Shown here: positions 59,827-64,000 of the stretch, one piece after another
How the letters are laid out: every line of letters starts with the position of its first letter
Position numbering within the stretch: position 1 is the first letter of the stretch
Assembly: GCA_001029715.1 (NCBI GenBank)
Contig: CP011212.1
Location: 769,066-833,065, forward strand
Source of the DNA: a candidate division TM6 bacterium GW2011_GWF2_28_16
GTDB taxonomy: Bacteria; Patescibacteriota; Microgenomatia; UBA1400; PJMF01
Reading direction: 5' to 3'
DNA length: 64,000 nucleotides
Made by a program: the position numbers and the translations under genes
The notes under the pieces: generated by a model
Told to the model about the DNA's origin: nothing
Database searches by the model: none
What the model saw: the letters and a program-made list of their open reading frames with translations, nothing else

Positions 59827-60330
59827 ATGCCAAACCAACATAATCAAGAACAAATTAAAATCGTCCAAGAAAAATTGGACAAAGCCGCCTCCATGGTTGT
59901 GATCGACTACGCAGGTGCTGATGTAAAGAAATTAACTGAACTACGTGCTGCTCTAAGAGAAGCTGGTGGCGAAATGTTTGTCACTAAAAATACTCTTATT
60001 GATATCGCTGTTGGTAAAGGCAAGCTCACTGAATCCCTCCAAGGCATGAGTGCTGCCGTTTTTTCTTACAATGATCCAGTTTCCGCTATCAAAGCCTTAG
60101 TTAAATTTCATGACGAGACCGATTTACTTGAGATCAAACAAGGTTTCATGGACGACAAAGTCCTCTCTATCGATGAGGTTAAAGCTTTGAGTCAATTGCC
60201 AAGTAAGAACGAATTAATCGTCATGTTGATTCAGAGACTTAAAACTCCAGGTCAAGGTTTGGTTAATGTTCTTCAGGCTAATGCTCGTAACTTAGTCTAC
60301 GTTTTAAAAGCTATCACAGATAAAAAATAA
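59827..60330 (+). CDS. rplJ: 50S ribosomal protein L10
   Basis: DYAG..V..LTELR..LR, V.KNTL and LSQLPS motifs. Confidence 0.96.
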   Translation: MPNQHNQEQIKIVQEKLDKAASMVVIDYAGADVKKLTELRAALREAGGEMFVTKNTLIDIAVGKGKLTESLQGMSAAVFSYNDPVSAIKALVKFHDETDLLEIKQGFMDDKVLSIDEVKALSQLPSKNELIVMLIQRLKTPGQGLVNVLQANARNLVYVLKAITDKK

Positions 60331-60354
60331 TAAGTAATAAAGAAAGGAATATAT

Positions 60355-60747
60355 ATGGCAGATGAGAAAAAACTCTCAGAAAAAGTCCAAAAGATCGTTG
60401 ACGGAGTCAAAGAACTTTCCCTTATGGAAGTTTCCGAGCTCGTTAGTGCTCTAGAGGATGTCTTTGGTGTAAGCGCAGCCGCTCCTATGATGGGTGCTAT
60501 GGCAGCCGCTCCAGCAGCAGCTGTTGAAGAGAAAGACGAATTTGACGTCATTCTTAAAGAAGCTGGTAGCAATAAAATTGCCGCCATCAAAGCCGTGCGT
60601 ACTCTTAAACCTGAATTAGGTTTAGGTGAAGCCAAAACTTTCGTCGAATCAGCTCCTAAGCCAGTCTTAGAAGGTGCTAAGAAGGAAGATGCCGAAGCAG
60701 CCAAAAAGACTTTGGAAGAAGCCGGTTGCGTCGTTGAATTAAAATAA
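60355..60747 (+). CDS. rplL: 50S ribosomal protein L7/L12
   Basis: [22 protein letters not shown] and LGLGEAK motifs. Confidence 0.98.
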   Translation: MADEKKLSEKVQKIVDGVKELSLMEVSELVSALEDVFGVSAAAPMMGAMAAAPAAAVEEKDEFDVILKEAGSNKIAAIKAVRTLKPELGLGEAKTFVESAPKPVLEGAKKEDAEAAKKTLEEAGCVVELK

Positions 60748-60775
60748 TTATTTTAATTCTTTAAGCAAGAAATAG

Positions 60776-60806
60776 TGAAAACCCCGCCACAGTGCGGGGT
60801 TTTTCA
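60776..60806 (+). terminator. Intrinsic terminator after rplL
   Basis: AAAACCCCGC-CACAGT-GCGGGGTTTTT. Confidence 0.85.
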
Positions 60807-60839
60807 TGGCACAAAGGTAACAAGCTTTTTTAGTTTAAT

Positions 60840-61538
60840 GTGGCTATAATCAATGCTCCTGTGTCTAATATCATAAAAAAACACCTCAAAAAATCCGGGC
60901 TTTTAATTTTAGATGCTCATCTACATCCCTTAGATATCCTGCTCACTGCCAGACATTTACATAAAAATTACAATGCCAACATTACCATGGCAATAGTGGG
61001 CTATGCTTTTCACATGCCCATCATGAAACAGGTGGTGAATTGGTTTGGGCGCACTTATAAAATCAATTTTTTACCAGTTTATAGAAAAGAAGAATTGGCT
61101 CCAAAAGCCTGGACCCTGAAGTTTTTCTGCTCTTTTTACCCAAAGAGAATAGATTTAAAAACTCGTAAAGCTGCTAATAAAAGTTTCATTAAAACCGCCA
61201 TGGAACTTTGCCAAAAACCAGGGGAAGTGGTTGTGGCTGCTCCATATGGCAGCACCGTTCCTTTATTTGGTGAGAAAGTAAGAAATGGTATCAAACAAAT
61301 TTTACTGAATAATTCTTTACATTTGACCAGTATCACTAGATGGCATTTCCCCAAAATGGGCTTTAAAACTCATTTTGGCAAGGTTTATTACTTCAAACCA
61401 TCTTTTAATAGAGAAAAAATTGAAGCTAAAATTCAAAAAGAATTCTTTAATCTACCCCTCCCAATCTGGTTACACTTAATTAAAAGCAAGCTGTTCAGAT
61501 CTAAAGCATTTCTCAAAGTTTCTTCCTCAAAAAATTGA
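60840..61538 (+). CDS. Possible PlsC-like (HxxxxD) acyltransferase
   Basis: HLHPLD, FLPVYR and AAPYG resemble LPLAT blocks I-III. Confidence 0.5.
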   Translation: MAIINAPVSNIIKKHLKKSGLLILDAHLHPLDILLTARHLHKNYNANITMAIVGYAFHMPIMKQVVNWFGRTYKINFLPVYRKEELAPKAWTLKFFCSFYPKRIDLKTRKAANKSFIKTAMELCQKPGEVVVAAPYGSTVPLFGEKVRNGIKQILLNNSLHLTSITRWHFPKMGFKTHFGKVYYFKPSFNREKIEAKIQKEFFNLPLPIWLHLIKSKLFRSKAFLKVSSSKN

Positions 61539-61616
61539 GCATCTTTTCTAAAACCGAATCAATTCTATTTTTGGAATATTTTTGTGCATTTTTTACACAT
61601 TTCTCTAATCTAAAAA

Positions 61617-61669
61617 GTTATAGGATATAAGTTTCGCCTATTTTCTTGTTTTCAAAAAGTTATAGGATA
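61617..61669. repeat. Two GTTATAGGATA direct repeats, 42 bp apart
   Basis: Copies at 61617-61627 and 61659-61669, each preceded by AAAAA. Confidence 0.75.
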
Positions 61670-61871
61670 ATTGTGTGGAAAAAGAGGTAAAACTATTCAG
61701 CATAAAAACTCAATTTTCCCTCTTGACCCACAGAGTCTCAATCTGTTACTGTTGGATATAGATCAAAATAATACTTTGATCTAAAAAGACTTACTCAGCA
61801 CCGCGATAAGCCAAAACTATAGGCTATTTTAAAAATAAAAAAGGGCAAAATTGCCCTAAACGAAAGGAAAA

Positions 61872-62144
61872 ATGAACGATAACCTCAACATAATCAGTGA
61901 GGACGATAAAAAAACAGGTCGCGCTGACGATGCCAGTAAATTAGACATCAAAAACCTCCCTGATTTATTAACTGTCCGTGAAGTTGCCGATTTATTGCGC
62001 GTTTCTCCTTTGACCATCAAACGCTGGGGCAAAAGAGGTAAATTGCCAGCTATTCGTATTAACTCCAGAGGTGACAGACGCTACAAAAAAGAAGCCGTGC
62101 TTTGGCTTCTAGGTGTCAATCCAAATGGTGCTGAAGAAGAATAA
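61872..62144 (+). CDS. BldC/Xis-like HTH_17 (MerR-type) DNA-binding protein
   Basis: LLTVREVADLLRVSPLTIKRW..GKL..R...GDRRY pattern; AAAGGA SD. Confidence 0.9.
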   Translation: MNDNLNIISEDDKKTGRADDASKLDIKNLPDLLTVREVADLLRVSPLTIKRWGKRGKLPAIRINSRGDRRYKKEAVLWLLGVNPNGAEEE

Positions 62145-62153
62145 GCTTAAAGC

Positions 62154-62906
62154 TTAAAAAATCTCTTTGATAATTAGATAAATAAATTCGATTAGACGGA
62201 GTTGCCTATACTTGCGCCAAGGTTGCTTAATCAGGCGCCACAGCCACTCTAAACCCATTTTTTGCATGAAAAGTGGCGCTCTACTCACTTTGTCAAAGAT
62301 AAAGTCAAAAGAACCGCCAACAGCCATTACTAGCTTGACTCCATTTTTTTCTAAAAGCCCAATATGTTCAACAATCCACTCTTCCTGATATGGTGCTCCC
62401 AAAGCTACAAAAACAAAATCTGGCTGAAGTTTTTCGATTAGTTTCTCTAACGCTTCTTTTTCTATGGGATGAATGTGTTTTTTATTTTGATAAGCCTCTG
62501 TCCAAAATACATTATCACTGAGATGATCAGCGTAATCACGACCACCAATAATTAAGCTTCTTAAACCTTTTTTTAGAGACAAAGACAATAAATGTTCTAC
62601 CAACTCCACTCCAGCGATGCGCTCAGGAATTTTAGTGTTAACTTTGCCAAAAAAATTCAGTAAATTAGCGGCAACAACTAAACCAATCCCATCTGGTAAA
62701 AGATAATCACCTTGTTTTAGAGCCTTGGCAAAAACCTTGTCGTGCTTGGCTAAAACAATTTGCTCTGGATTGGGTGTAAAAACCTTCAAAGTCTTGGTTT
62801 TCTCCGACTGATTTACTTCAGTAGCCAAAAATTGATCAAAAAAATCAAAGAGCTCTGCTTTTTTAACACTGAGGATCTCTAAATTAAAAAGACGGCTTGT
62901 TTGCAT
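62154..62906 (-). CDS. WecG/TagA/CpsF glycosyltransferase
   Basis: TPNPE, PDGIG, RIAGVEL, LGAPYQE, VGGSFD, RAP and GLEWLWRL motifs. Confidence 0.94.
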   Translation of the reverse strand: MQTSRLFNLEILSVKKAELFDFFDQFLATEVNQSEKTKTLKVFTPNPEQIVLAKHDKVFAKALKQGDYLLPDGIGLVVAANLLNFFGKVNTKIPERIAGVELVEHLLSLSLKKGLRSLIIGGRDYADHLSDNVFWTEAYQNKKHIHPIEKEALEKLIEKLQPDFVFVALGAPYQEEWIVEHIGLLEKNGVKLVMAVGGSFDFIFDKVSRAPLFMQKMGLEWLWRLIKQPWRKYRQLRLIEFIYLIIKEIF

Positions 62907-62971
62907 AACTTGATTTTAACAGCTTTTTTTCACAACTTTTGGATTAAAAGATATCAGGCTATAATAAATCT

Positions 62972-64000
62972 ATGGATTTCAAAAGCCTGCGCCGAAAACA
63001 CCCTCGTTTAATTTATCAGGGCTTTGCTATGCGCAAAGAAAAAAACGATCTTTTGCTGACTTTTGATTTACTGCTTGAACCAGATATTCATTTCAGTCCA
63101 AAACTAATCATTAAAAAACTTGATCCAAAAATTCTCGAACAAATAGATAGTAAAAAAGATCTTGATCCACAATTAAATCAATTATTTTTTCAGTTGGGCA
63201 TCGCCGAAATTCCTAGTTATTTTAAAACCGCTTGTCCCAAAGAAATTCTCATCAGACATCAGGGTCAAATCAGCAGAACAGCTTTGCCATTTTGGCAAGA
63301 TTTACTCATTAATGGTTTGGGAGAATTTTATTACCAAAACCAAATCGATTTTACCGCCAAAGATTTTGTCAAAATTAAATTAGAAAAATTAGCTCAGACA
63401 GCAGATGACATCAATTACAAAGAAAAAAATAAATTTATTCCCGTTAAACACAGCTCCGTTTTAGTACCTGTGGGCGGCGGGAAAGATTCGGCAACAGTTT
63501 TGGCGATGCTCGAGGAAAAGAAGCTGGCTTACGATGTTCTTTTGCTTTCACCCAACTCTCCCGCCGCCAAAAAAATCGCCCTCATTCTACAAAAAAACGG
63601 TCATTGCCAAAACATTATCGAGGTTGAGCGTCAGATCGATCCACAATTAATTGAGCTCAATAAAAAAGGTTACCTCAATGGTCACACACCATTTAGTGCC
63701 TACTTGGCATTTTTAAGCTCGGCTATTGCCTATTTGCATGGTCAAAGTAGCATTTTGCTAGGCAACGAAGCTTCTAGTGAAGAAGAAAATTTGCTCTATT
63801 TAGGTCATAAAATTAATCACCAATACTCCAAAAGCTTGGATTTTGAAGAAAAATTTGCCAAATACAGTCAAGAGCAACTTTTTCTGGCAGAGAAAGTCAA
63901 AAAAGCACCTAAATATCTTTCGCTACTTCGTGAACTTTCAGAAATAGAAATCACTAAAATTCTTTGTGATTTCGCGAGTAAAGATCAGAGATTTGCTGAA
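62972..64000 (+). CDS. murL: MurL-family epimerase (UDP-MurNAc-L-Ala-L-Glu epimerase), truncated by the window edge; absent from the ORF track
   Basis: Translation MDFKSLRRKHP...SYFKTACP...NGLGEFYY...VPVGGGKDSA...LNGHTPFSA...NHQYSKS. Confidence 0.8.
   Translation, partial: MDFKSLRRKHPRLIYQGFAMRKEKNDLLLTFDLLLEPDIHFSPKLIIKKLDPKILEQIDSKKDLDPQLNQLFFQLGIAEIPSYFKTACPKEILIRHQGQISRTALPFWQDLLINGLGEFYYQNQIDFTAKDFVKIKLEKLAQTADDINYKEKNKFIPVKHSSVLVPVGGGKDSATVLAMLEEKKLAYDVLLLSPNSPAAKKIALILQKNGHCQNIIEVERQIDPQLIELNKKGYLNGHTPFSAYLAFLSSAIAYLHGQSSILLGNEASSEEENLLYLGHKINHQYSKSLDFEEKFAKYSQEQLFLAEKVKKAPKYLSLLRELSEIEITKILCDFASKDQRFAE

Noticed and set aside
61872-62144. Prophage excisionase
   Set aside because: No integrase or phage genes nearby; better explained as a standalone BldC-like regulator.
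1-64000. Alternative genetic code (TGA recoded, as in Gracilibacteria/Absconditabacteria)
   Set aside because: Conserved genes are full length under code 11, and several, such as cysS, end at TGA.

Overview
Low-GC, gene-dense chromosomal segment, most likely from a Patescibacteria/CPR bacterium of the Microgenomates type. This is an inference from the gene repertoire, the shortened L1, the CofE-like folate ligase and the many -10 boxes lying directly before start codons. Genetic code 11. From left to right: the tgt 3' end; a copper-resistance operon (ArsR-YHS, CopA, DsbD-like/cupredoxin, CopZ) with a 28-bp palindromic operator; radC, cysS, hpf, recR; a large thymidylate/folate/NAD cluster (tmk, MazG-like, dut, folA, CofE-like ligase, a divergent thyA, an HxHxQ HIT protein, a deaminase fusion, a cytidylyltransferase, nadE, nadD); topA-dprA; a pbp2-mreD-mreC operon headed by a degenerate MreB; O-antigen ligase/TPR, def, fmt, rpmB; a variable islet of duplicated small genes ending at tRNA-Trp with a duplicated 3' end; rpmG and tRNA-Thr/Tyr/Thr with an upstream structured RNA candidate; galU; a dockerin plus cohesin-like pair; secE-nusG-rplK-rplA. 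A ~16 kb opposite-strand block (thrS, DUF2207, MacB-like ABC transporter, 2372-aa Kelch/FN3 protein) separates rplA from rplJ-rplL. The window ends with a PlsC-like gene, a BldC-like HTH gene, WecG/TagA and a partial murL. Most notable observations: (1) a Thr-rich leader-peptide attenuator for thrS; (2) inside that leader, an opposite-strand tRNA-like element next to a promoter- and terminator-bounded small RNA complementary to it; (3) a ThyA lacking most phosphate-binding residues, clustered with nucleotidyl-transfer enzymes; (4) a degenerate MreB; (5) a recurring GTTATAGGATA motif. All calls were made by eye, without database searches.
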